A stretch of DNA of 45,711 nt from Octopus bimaculoides (Eukaryota). Position 1 is the first letter of the stretch, and every line of letters begins with the position of its first letter. The notes under the pieces were generated by a model. The model saw nothing but the letters and a program-made list of their open reading frames with translations. It was not told the origin of the DNA and did not search any database. Shown piece after piece: positions 24,540 through 35,824 of the stretch. The stretch is from the NCBI RefSeq assembly GCF_001194135.2, contig NC_068982.1, positions 86,220,026-86,265,736 on the forward strand, read 5' to 3'. A program made the translations under genes and the position numbers.

Positions 24540-26089
24540 AGACACTTGCCCAAGAAAATCATCACACTAGAGAATAAGTTCTTCAATGTCTTTCTTTTCT
24601 GAATCACTACATTCAAGCATACTATTATCCATCCATACACACTTCTCTCTCACAATATCTTGATTCTCTCTGACACACAGACTCACAATCCAGAACACCT
24701 CAAGTCTCTGATCTTCATGCTGCATATAATTTGTAGATACCTGGAAAAGCAGCCTTAAATAAATATAGTGAGGAAAAGAAACTTGACAGCTTCTTAGAAG
24801 TAATATTTTCTAAAATGTAATGTTTAGCAATGCATTGTTTGTTGTAACATGAGCTGTCCAAATACTTAATGCTCATGAGTTCACAAATAGGAGATAATCT
24901 TGAAACTTCTAAGGATGCTTCAGATTCAGGAAACAAAGCTTCTATAGCTGCAAATATTCTTGCGTTGCATTCTTTTAAAGCAACTTCTAAGTTCTCCGAT
25001 ACAGGTATCAAAAACACTAGTGTATATTCATTAAAAAGTACATATTTGCTATCAGAATCGTCATGACCCAGCACTGACATTACTACTGACGATTGTGTAA
25101 TATACTCTGGAATTCTAGGTGTAAGTTGAGAACTAGAACAATTGCCTTCTAAATTATATTTCTTAGCCTGAGAGAAAATACTCCAAAATTTCCCCTTGTC
25201 TATTCGCATTTTTTCAAAATATTGCAGTATTTATAAGACATATTCCCTCAGTCAAATCACAGTCATGGCATTGTAACAATTTATTTGATGCATCAAGAAT
25301 GTTCAGAATATCTTCATGAAAATAAATTTGAGGCTAGTAATCTGTTTCAAAATATCTTTTGCCACAGTTCTGATGTTTTTGTCAGAATTGTCATGTTCTG
25401 CATCTCAAAGAACTTGCACAATGTGTTCATGATTGGTAAATATAGCAACCACAGTTGCTAGATGCCCTGACCACTGTTGTTCAAATGTGTACCTTTGTAT
25501 ACAATAAACAACTTTGGTCAACGCAGGAAGTTATAAAGAGTTTTACAAGCTCCAAAACACAGTCTGATGTCACTAATTGCTTCAATTGCATGAACTACAA
25601 CCAAACATAACTGATGATTGAAGCAGTGCATATATGGAATTTCCTCTCCAATTTTCTGTTGCATTATTTTCTGGTCAATTAAGATAAAATATTTTCCAGC
25701 TTTAGTCCAGTATCTTCAATACTTTGCATAATAGCATGAGACAAACTTTCACCCTTAGAGTCTTTGCTCATAGTTAAAGCATGGAAACTTCCTGATATGA
25801 TCCCTACTTTTACAAACCTCACAATTATTGAAACATTTTCAGTATTAGTAGGATGATGAGTTCAATTACATTTAATTATAAATAAAAGGATAACTGAATA
25901 ATGAATTTCATCATTCATTTGATTAAAACATCAGCTTTCATAAGTTGTGTAAATCCACCTTGCATCATAACAGATGTGTATGATGCATTTTTAGGTATCA
26001 ATGAAAATATCTAATTTAATTTGGAATCTTTTGTAAGAGTGTATTAAAAAAGCCGTAAAAAAAGTCTAGAAATTTCATTTTTATTATCA
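24540..26089 (-). mobile_element. hAT transposase remnant, core and C-terminal part
   Basis: YTLTKDSKL..IFSLIPKNASYTS, TNTENVSIIVRFV, and dimerisation-domain AAFPGIYKLYAA; many stops. Confidence 0.85.
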
Positions 26090-29000
26090 TTATACCAAAA
26101 ACTCCAACAGAGCTCTGCTTCACTTTTGCACCAGAAGACCTACATACCTCTGTCCCCCCCCCTCTCCCAAGCCATCATCCTCCTTCTTCATCTTCCCCTC
26201 CCATCCAAACCATCATCATCCTTCATCTCCCCCTCACTCTCTTTCTTTCTCTCTCTATATATATGTATATAATAGACTAACCCAACCAAATAGCAGCCCA
26301 TTACTTAATTTAACACTGGCATAATTATAACTATATTTGCAGCTGCAGTAACGCTTATATTACAATGCTTACCTTACTCTCACCCACAATAGAGGCAACA
26401 ATTTTAACATGTTTGAAGGATGATAGGTTAAATGCAAGAACAACTGTTATGACATGTCTGTTATCAAACGATCACAGAAACCCTTCTTTTCAACTGCTGA
26501 ATAACATCTCTCCTCCCTATGTTCCTTCACACAACCTTTTCCTTGTTTTCAGAGTTGGCACTGTAAATGTGGGTACATTAAAATGTAGGTCTAATGAGAT
26601 TGTGGAGATATTTGAATACGAAGATCCACCCTGGTGAAGAATGTACCCCCCAGCATAGACCGGTCATTAGTGACTTTAAACTCCAGGCCAGAAGGATGCC
26701 AAGGAGTAGACCAATCTGGAAAAGATGGATTTGGAAGCTTAAGGAAACTTCATATGATCAGAGATTTAGGGACATCCTAATTGAGAAATTTGATGAGAGG
26801 GAGGAAGAGCTACAAACTTGTGATACAGAGGGTAACTGGGATTTTCTGCAAGACAGCTTGCTGAGTGCCACAGATCAAATCTATGGCAGGTGCAAAATCC
26901 CTTCCAGACCTAGGGTAACATGATGGTGAAACAATAACTGTAGACAAGGCCATTAGAACAAAGAAACAGGCCTGGAATAGTTGGGGGAGCAGGGAACTGT
27001 ATCAGATTGTCAGAAGGGAAGCTAGGAGACAGGCATATTTAGCCAAAGGAGAAGCAGAAAAGAAATTTGCCTATGTTCAGCATCGTGAGGACCAAAGAAC
27101 TGAAGTATTTTGGATTGCAATATAGTGTATGAGAGAAAATTGTGATGTTACAGGAGAGAAATGAGTTCGCAAGGATGATGGTGCACTTACTTTTAATGAG
27201 TCTGCAAAGAAAGAGGCTTGGAGATGCCATTATGAAAGACTGTTGAACGTGGAGAATGAATGGGAAGAGGAGAGTCTGTCAAATGTTGACCTAATTGAGG
27301 GATCAACTACCCGAATCAACAGTAACCTCGTAGATAAAGCAATTTAGGATATGAAGATAGGGAAATCCCCCAGTCCATCAGGAGTCACCGCTGAGATGCA
27401 TAAAAAATTTGGCAGTGTGGGTTATGGTTTAGTCACCTGTATCATAAATCAGGTGGTTTATGAAGGAGTCATACCCAATGACTGGTGTTGCAGCACCATA
27501 GTCAACTGCTACAAAGGTAAAGGCAATGCCTTAGACAGAAATAATTAGAGGTATCAAATTGTTGGATCAGGTGATGAAAGTTACGGAGAGAGTCATAGCC
27601 CAACTAATTAGGGAGAAAGATAGTCTAGATGTGATGCAGTTTGGTTTTGTGCCAGGTAGAAATACCACCGATGTTATATTTCTGGTAAGGCAACTGCGGG
27701 AGAAATACCTAGCCAAAGATAAACCACTGTATTTGGCTTTTGTTGACTTTGAGAAAGCTTTTGACAGAGTCCCTCAATCCCCTATATGATGGTCAATGCA
27801 GAAACAAGGGATAGACGAGTGGTTGGTGAGAGCCATACAAGCCTTGTACAGGGACGCTACCAGTAAGGTGAGGGTGGGCAATGAGTACAGCAAAGAATTC
27901 AGAGTTCAAGTAGGGGTTTACCAAGGATCGGTGCTCAGCCCCGTCTTGTTCATCAGAGGAATTCAAGATGAGCAGTCCCTGAGAATTCCTCTATGCTGAC
28001 GACTTTCCTCTTATAACTGAATCACTACCTGAACTAGAGAAGAAGTTTCAAGTATGGAAGCAAGGTCTAGAATCAAAGGGCCTTAGAGTTAACCTAGCAA
28101 AAACCAAAGTCATAATAAGTAGGAAGGCTGATAAATCACAAATCCCTTCAGGTAGATGGCCCTGCTAAATCTGTAGGAAAGGTGTAGGTAGAAACTCCAT
28201 AAGATGCACCCAGTGAAAGCTTTGGACACATAAAAGGTGCAGCAATATCAGATGAAGGTTAACAAAGAAACTAACTTTGTTGAAGGTGCACAGGTACAAT
28301 AAATGCTGAAAATGCACAGAAAATAGACTCCATCAACTGCCAGGGGGGGGGGGACTAGAGGTAGTATATAGCTTCCGTTATCTAGGTGACCAAGTTAGTA
28401 GTATAGGTGGATGCTTCGAGAGTGTAGCTGTGAGAATAAGATTGGGCAAAGTTCAGAGAGCTCCTACCCCTGCTGGCAACAAAGGACCTCTCCCTCAGAG
28501 TGAAAGACCGATTGTTTGATGCCTGTATGTGAACAGTCATGCTGCATGGCAGTGAAACATGGGCTATGAGAGCCGAGGACATGCATAGGCTTGAAAGAAA
28601 TGAAGGTTGTATGCTTCACTGGATGTGCAATATTAGTGTGCATGTTCAACAAAGTGTAAGCATCTTGAGAGAAAAGTTAGGCATAAAAGGAATCAGATGT
28701 AGTGTGCAAGAGAGACAACTGCACTGGTATGGTCATGTGATGCATATGGATGAGGACAGCTGTGTAAAGAAGTGCTGCTCTCCAATTGTGGAGGGGGGAA
28801 ACCTGTGGTAGAGGTAGACACAGGAAACATGGGACAAGGTGGTTAAGCATGATCTTCAAACTTTGAACCTCGCAGAGGCAATGACTGGTGACTGAGACCT
28901 TTGGTGATGTGCTGTATTTGAGAGGACCCATCAAGCAAAGTGTACCTGTGCCAGTGGAACATAAAGAGCATATTTTGAATGTTGGGCCTCACAGAGTCAA

Positions 29001-29473
29001 AGTGGCTGAGTTCCTTTCAAGCATTGGGCCTAACGGAGGTAAAGTGGCAGAGTTCTTCTCGAGCACTGGGCCTGATGGAGGCAAAGTGGCTGAGTTCCGT
29101 TGGAGTGTTAAGCCTCACGGAGGCAAAGTGGCTGAGTTCCCTTCGAGTGTTGGGCCTCACGGAGGCAATAACCAAGATCTTTGGCATTATATCATGCTTG
29201 AGAAGAAGACCCATCAAGCTGAGCAAAATTGCAGTTGCGGCAGATACTGGTGTCACGCAAATTAGCACCCTGGTGTCACACAAATGGCACCCGTGCCAGT
29301 GGCACATAAAAGCACCCATTACACTCTTGGAGTGGTTGGTGTTAGGAAGGGTATCCAGCCATAGAAAACCATGCCAAATCAGATTGGAGTCTGGTGCAGC
29401 CTTTCAACGTGCCAGCCCAGTCAAACTATCCAACCCATGACAGCATGGACAACGGACATTAAATGATGATGAT
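26090..29473 (+). mobile_element. RTE-clade LINE copy 2, near full span with endonuclease deletion
   Basis: FRVGTVNVGTL then PGEECTPQHRPVISDF (APE ends), RT motifs MQFGFVPGRNTTD, LAFVDFEKAFDRVP, QGSVLSP, YADD; (GAT)n tail; candidate 7-bp TSD attatca/attgtca. Confidence 0.9.
28977..29168 (+). repeat. 42-bp minisatellite, ~4.5 copies, in RTE 3' region
   Basis: Units start at 28977, 29019, 29061, 29103, 29145; consensus gagtgttgggcctcacggaggcaaagtggctgagttcctttc. Confidence 0.95.
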
Positions 29474-29563
29474 ATTGTCAAGACAGGTGATATTTTCGTT
29501 GTAATCATCCCAAAGTGCAAGTTCATTAACACATACAAATTGAATCACTCTTACAAGATTGTA
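29474..29563 (-). mobile_element. hAT transposase remnant, middle piece
   Basis: Minus strand VRVIQFVCVNELALWDD, matching the hAT/ZMYM-type ELALRG motif. Confidence 0.75.
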
Positions 29564-30567
29564 CAAGGTGGTATCAAAAAGTTCTTGATTATATGTATGC
29601 TGTAGTCTGTGATCTTGTCATGGACAGGAAGTTGGAACAAATAGCCAACGTGAAATTTTGTGCTTAACTTGGGAAATCTGCTACAGAAACATCAAGCATG
29701 CTTCAGCAAGCTTATGGCGACAAGGCAATGGGTCATATGCAATGTTTCAAGTGGCACAGGCACTTCAAAAGTGGAAGAATGTCCCTGGAAGATGATGAGC
29801 CATTTGGAAGACCTGTCACGAGCATCAACCCCAGAAATGTGGGGAAAATTCATCAACTTGTGCATGAGGATTATCAGAGCACAATCAATGGCATTGCTGA
29901 TATTGTTGATCTGTCATATGGGTCCATATTGCCAATCCTAATTTCTGAATTAAATATGTAGCATGTCCCGGCCAAGTTTGTCCCCTGCCTGCTGACCACT
30001 GAGCAGAAAGAACATCAAGTCAAAATCTGTCAAGATCTCTGTCAGTGTCCCACTGATGACCCATCCATCACCAGTGATGGGTGTTGGGTCTGCAAGTGTG
30101 ACTCTGAGATAAAGCAGCAGTTGTCACAATGGAAGAGCCCTTCATCTCCACAACCAAAGAAGGTATGGCAGAGCTGCAGCTCAATCAAGAGTGTACTCAT
30201 CATTTTTTCGATAGCCACAGTATTGTGTATTGTGAATTCATACCCAACAACATGGTATCGCTTCTGCTTCCAACCTATTTATCAGATTTAGCACTTACAG
30301 TTTCTTTCTCTTCCCCAAGATGAAAATGCAACTCAAAGGTCACCATTTTAACACCGTTGTTAAGTACCAAAGTGAATCGCAGAAGGTCCTCGACTCACTT
30401 ACTGAAAACAACTTACAGGCTGGATTCCCAAAGTGACAGGAATACTGGGACCAGCGTATTGCTGCACAAGGTGACTATTTCAAAGGAGATGATGTTAAAA
30501 CTTAGGTAAATAGGCTATTTTTATTTATTAAACATAACTAGTCTGGGAACTTTTTGATACCACCTCA
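29564..30567 (+). mobile_element. mariner transposon, decayed
   Basis: TIR aggtggtatcaaaaagttc at both ends; VKFC..LGKSATET, FKSGRMSLEDDEPFGRP, KFVPCLLT, GDYFKGD; TA at 29562-29563, TG at 30568-30569. Confidence 0.92.
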
Positions 30568-31160
30568 TGAATAATACTTATTTTTTCTTTTCAACTGATT
30601 TTCATTCACCAGTGTAGATACATTCTGATTAGTTGTTCTATGTTTCTGCCTTTCACTCCAATTTTCATTGCATTTTTGTGTGTGACAGAATTACCATGCT
30701 TGCCAAAAGTTTTGCTTTTTGACGAAGCAGTATGCTTGTTAGTATATCCTTCAGCTTCAAAACTATTGTCAACATTCAGGGATGTACAAAAATAATGACA
30801 ACAATAGCAGAAAGCAGCCTTAAATTGATCTGAGAATTCTAACCAAGGTCTGGTATTGAACCATGAAGCAAAGAAGTTTGTTTTTTTTAACTGTATTGTT
30901 TAAGATAATTATTTTGGTTGAAATGGTATCATATCTAATCCAGATAAATCATTTGGGAAGCACATCAAGTTCTTTAGGTAGCATAACATCAGCTGCTAAA
31001 GAAGTTAAAGGATGGTGTAATGTTCTAGATTCAATTAATTATGGTTGATTTGAAATGGAAGAAATCTTAGTTTCATCATTTTCAGAGGTTTTCAAAGTTT
31101 TGGAATTTTTGACCGAAAACATACAAGATTGATCTTTCTCATTTCATTGCTGTTTAATTT
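30568..31160 (-). mobile_element. hAT transposase remnant, N-terminal TTF-type zinc finger piece
   Basis: SWFNTRPWLEFSDQFKAAFCYCCHYF, FGKHGNSVTHKNAM, NQLKRKNKYY. Confidence 0.8.
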
Positions 31161-31729
31161 GAATAAAATACAATTTTTTTAGTTCAAGCAAAATAAAATA
31201 AAATTTCTTTGAAGAAAATCAAACTATTAATTGTTATTATTTTGAAAAATAGAGTATTTGGGGAATTTTCTTATAGAAATGTTTGTTCCAACTCTATACT
31301 TTTAAGCTGTTGCATAATTTTCATTGAAGAGATAATGTTATAATTGAAGTTGTGAGGTCAAAATACAATTATGGAAAATCTGAAGGANNNNNNNNNNNNN
31401 NNNNNNNNNNNNNNNNNNNNNNNNNNNNNNNNNNNNNNNNNNNNNNNNNNNNNNNNNNNNNNNNNNNNNNNNNNNNNNNNNNNNNNNNNNNNNNNNNNNN
31501 NNNNNNNNNNNNNNNNNNNNNNNNNNNNNNNNNNNNNNNNNNNNNNNNNNNNNNNNNNNNNNNNNNNNNNNNNNNNNNNNNNNNNNNNNNNNNNNNNNNN
31601 NNNNNNNNNNNNNNNNNNNNNNNNNNNNNNNNNNNNNNNNNNNNNNNNNNNNNNNNNNNNNNNNNNNNNNNNNNNNNNNNNNNNNNNNNNNNNNNNNNNN
31701 NNNNNNNNNNNNNNNATATATATATATAG

Positions 31730-31863
31730 CATCATCATCATCATCATCGTTTAACATCCACTTTCCATGCTAGCATGGGTTGGACGATTTGACTGAGAAC
31801 TGGTGAAACCGGATGGCAACACCAGGCTCCAGTCTAATTTGGCAGAGTTTCTACAGCTGGATG
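31730..31863 (-). mobile_element. RTE-type 3' tail fragment
   Basis: Reverse complement of the tail at 40450-40579, with (CAT)n. Confidence 0.85.
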
Positions 31864-31906
31864 AGAAAAGGTATGAGAAAAGGTTGAGTTCTATTTCATC
31901 CTTTAC

Positions 31907-31969
31907 TTTAGGGAATTCCAAAAGTCGATTTCTAATAAAGAATCTTCATATTGCATTGGTAGTTTACTG
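31907..31969 (-). CDS. Candidate 63-bp phase 2-2 cassette exon (SKLPMQYEDSLLEIDFWNSL)
   Basis: cttacag acceptor (NAGNAG), AA/gtaaag donor, frame compatible with exons A and B; weak pyrimidine tract. Confidence 0.2.
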
Positions 31970-32004
31970 CTGTAAGAATTTTTTGAATATGAAAATGCTA
32001 CAAG

Positions 32005-32739
32005 TATAAGGTATGTTATGAGCATTTAAGGAATACATATCCTATAGAAACTCAACAAACAATTAAAGATGGAGAAGGAAAGGTGTCAAAAGTTTTAAAA
32101 GAATTTAATACAATCATTTCGAATAGTAACATTAACATGTAAATAACATGGTAAAAAAATTAGAAATTAATTTAATTATAATTAAATTACATATTACTGA
32201 TCTCCTCAGTGCGAAAAAAGAATACTTCAAAAAAATACATCAGTAAAATATATTGTTACTGACGACTAGATTGAGTGAATGTCACATAACATATTCGGAT
32301 ATACATAATATCCTTGTGAAAGATAAAAAACATGCTAAGATAGTGTTGTTGAGTCTAGTTGTGTATGAAGACCAGTTTTAGTTCATACACAACTAGACTC
32401 AACAACACTATCTTAGCATGTTTTTATCTTTCATAAGGATATTATGTATATCCAAATATGTTAAGTAACATTCACTCCATCTAGTCTTCTGTAACAATAT
32501 AATATTTTTCTGATATATTCTTCTTTTGCACTGAGAAGAACAGTAATATGTACTTAATTTAATTATCAGTAAATTAATTTCTAATTTTTTTACCATGTTA
32601 TTCACATGTTAATATTACCATTTAAAACAATTGTATGCATGAATTAAATTCTTTTTAAACTTTTACCACCTTTTCATCTCTATTTTTAATTGTTTGTCGA
32701 ATTTCTATAGGATATGTGTTCTATAAATGCTCATAACAC

Positions 32740-32747
<8 letters not shown>
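32005..32747. mobile_element. Foldback/MITE element, almost fully palindromic (~740 bp)
   Basis: Arms 32005-32369 and 32382-32747 are reverse complements with a 12-nt spacer; tataagg...ccttata ends. Confidence 0.92.
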
Positions 32748-32771
<24 letters not shown>

Positions 32772-32781
32772 ACATAATTAA

Positions 32782-33371
32782 GGGATCAGCAAAAGTTGCT
32801 TCACCACATAGCAAAATTTAGAAATAGCAGTTAAACTACTAATTCTAATACAATATGTCTCCACAAATGGCAATACTTGTAATTTACATAGGCAAAAATG
32901 AAGAAAAAATATCAAAACCAACCAGTTTTAGTTAATCATGTACGCATTTCGGGATTAGAATAGTAAAAAATTCATTTCCTTCTTCAGCATGATATTCCAG
33001 ATTATAAATTTGAAAATGCTGACAAAAACTATGGGTGGATGCAGACTTACTCGTCTATATAAATTCAGAAATGCTGTTTCTCTTATGTGATGTTCGATGT
33101 CGCCTGATCGAGCATGCATAGTTTTTGTCAGCATTTTCAAATTTATAATCTGGAATATCATGCTGAAGAAGGAAATGAATTTTTTACCTTTCTAATCCCG
33201 AAACACGTACATGATTAACTAAAACTGGTTGGTTTTGATATTTTTTCTTCCTTTTTGCCTATGTAAGTTACAAGTATTGCCATCTGTGGAGACATATTGT
33301 AGTAGAAGAATTAGTAGTTTAACTGCTATTTCTAAATTTCGGTATGTGGTGAAGCAACTTTTGCTGATCCC
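32782..33371. mobile_element. Long-TIR MITE with TTAA target duplication, Kolobok-like (590 bp)
   Basis: TTAA-GGGATCAGC...GCTGATCCC-TTAA; arms 32782-33033 and 33117-33371; GG start fits Kolobok rather than piggyBac (CCC). Confidence 0.85.
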
Positions 33372-33504
33372 TTAATGTTTTGTATAAGTTTTTACCGATA
33401 ATGGGTTTTTTTCCATACCGAACAACTTGGTAAAAATTATTAATTATTAATTTATTAATTATTAATTTATTAATAAATTAATAATCCTTTACCCTATATC
33501 TGTA

Positions 33505-33553
<49 letters not shown>

Positions 33554-34211
33554 NNNNNNNNNNNNNNNNNNNNNNNNNNNNNNNNNNNNNNNNNNNNNNN
33601 NNNNNNNNNNNNNNNNNNNNNNNNNNNNNNNNNNNNNNNNNNNNNNNNNNNNNNNNNNNNNNNNNNNNNNNNNNNNNNNNNNNNNNNNNNNNNNNNNNNN
33701 NNNNNNNNNNNNNNNNNNNNNNNNNNNNNNNNNNNNNNNNNNNNNNNNNNNNNNNNNNNNNNNNNNNNNNNNNNNNNNNNNNNNNNNNNNNNNNNNNNNN
33801 NNNNNNNNNNNNNNNNNNNNNNNNNNNNNNNNNNNNNNNNNNNNNNNNNNNNNNNNNNNNNNNNNNNNNNNNNNNNNNNNNNNNNNNNNNNNNNNNNNNN
33901 NNNNNNNNNNNNNNNNNNNNNNNNNNNNNNNNNNNNNNNNNNNNNNNNNNNNNNNNNNNNNNNNNNNNNNNNNNNNNNNNNNNNNNNNNNNNNNNNNNNN
34001 NNNNNNNNNNNNNNNNNNNNNNNNNNNNNNNNNNNNNNNNNNNNNNNNNNNNNNNNNNNNNNNNNNNNNNNNNNNNNNNNNNNATGCTGCTATATTTCAT
34101 GTTGAGAACTTTTTAGGTCTTAATAGATACAAGATGTGATCTATTTCTAGCACATTAATTGTCCACGTTAGTGGTCGACGTTATTTTTTAAAATATATAT
34201 ATATATATACA

Positions 34212-34378
34212 TATACGACAGGCTTCTTCCAGTGTCCGTCTACCAAATCCACTCACAAGGCTTTGGTTGGCCCGAGGCTATAGTAGAAGACACTTGCCCA
34301 AGGTGCCACGCAGTGGGACTGAACCCAAGGCCATGTGGTTGGTAAGCAAGCTACTTATCACACAGCCACTCCTACGCC
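34212..34378 (-). mobile_element. tRNA-head SINE, 5' part
   Basis: Reverse complement of the head at 43096-43260. Confidence 0.92.
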
Positions 34379-34434
34379 TATAGAAATGTGCCAAGAGATA
34401 CCCAGCCTTGCTTGGGATTAAAATGGAATAGTTT

Positions 34435-34727
34435 TTTTTATTGTTTTACTTGTTCCAGTCACGTGACTGAGGTCATGCTAGAGCACCGCTGTTGGTCAAA
34501 CAAATTGACCACAGGATTTATTCTTTGTAAGTCTAGTACTTCTTCTATCAGTGTCTTATTCCGAACTGCTAAGTTATGGGAATGTAAACACAGCAACATC
34601 AGTTGTCAAGCAATGGTTGAGGTACACACACACACACAGAGAAACATATACATATATTCGACAGTCTTCTTTCAGTTTCTGTGTACGAAATCCACTCACA
34701 AGGCTTTGGTCAGCTTGAGGCTGTAAT
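34435..34727 (-). mobile_element. tRNA-head SINE, 3' part, 5'-truncated
   Basis: Reverse complement of ~43195-43505 including internal CA/TA tract. Confidence 0.88.
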
Positions 34728-34754
34728 ATATATGTGTATGTGTATATATATATA

Positions 34755-34804
<50 letters not shown>

Positions 34805-34836
34805 GATATATCCATATATATATAGATATCTATATC

Positions 34837-34869
<33 letters not shown>

Positions 34870-34909
34870 GAGAGAGAGAGAGGATATAGATATCTATATA
34901 TATATATAT
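34728..34909. repeat. Compound (TA)/(TG)/(CT)/(GA) microsatellite, partly palindromic
   Basis: Direct reading; ends at gap 34910-35824. Confidence 0.95.
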
Positions 34910-35824
34910 NNNNNNNNNNNNNNNNNNNNNNNNNNNNNNNNNNNNNNNNNNNNNNNNNNNNNNNNNNNNNNNNNNNNNNNNNNNNNNNNNNNNNNNNNNN
35001 NNNNNNNNNNNNNNNNNNNNNNNNNNNNNNNNNNNNNNNNNNNNNNNNNNNNNNNNNNNNNNNNNNNNNNNNNNNNNNNNNNNNNNNNNNNNNNNNNNNN
35101 NNNNNNNNNNNNNNNNNNNNNNNNNNNNNNNNNNNNNNNNNNNNNNNNNNNNNNNNNNNNNNNNNNNNNNNNNNNNNNNNNNNNNNNNNNNNNNNNNNNN
35201 NNNNNNNNNNNNNNNNNNNNNNNNNNNNNNNNNNNNNNNNNNNNNNNNNNNNNNNNNNNNNNNNNNNNNNNNNNNNNNNNNNNNNNNNNNNNNNNNNNNN
35301 NNNNNNNNNNNNNNNNNNNNNNNNNNNNNNNNNNNNNNNNNNNNNNNNNNNNNNNNNNNNNNNNNNNNNNNNNNNNNNNNNNNNNNNNNNNNNNNNNNNN
35401 NNNNNNNNNNNNNNNNNNNNNNNNNNNNNNNNNNNNNNNNNNNNNNNNNNNNNNNNNNNNNNNNNNNNNNNNNNNNNNNNNNNNNNNNNNNNNNNNNNNN
35501 NNNNNNNNNNNNNNNNNNNNNNNNNNNNNNNNNNNNNNNNNNNNNNNNNNNNNNNNNNNNNNNNNNNNNNNNNNNNNNNNNNNNNNNNNNNNNNNNNNNN
35601 NNNNNNNNNNNNNNNNNNNNNNNNNNNNNNNNNNNNNNNNNNNNNNNNNNNNNNNNNNNNNNNNNNNNNNNNNNNNNNNNNNNNNNNNNNNNNNNNNNNN
35701 NNNNNNNNNNNNNNNNNNNNNNNNNNNNNNNNNNNNNNNNNNNNNNNNNNNNNNNNNNNNNNNNNNNNNNNNNNNNNNNNNNNNNNNNNNNNNNNNNNNN
35801 NNNNNNNNNNNNNNNNNNNNNNNN

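Noticed and set aside
28977-29168. Regular 42-bp repeats resembling a CRISPR array
   Set aside because: No unique spacers, units are contiguous, eukaryotic LINE context, no cas genes
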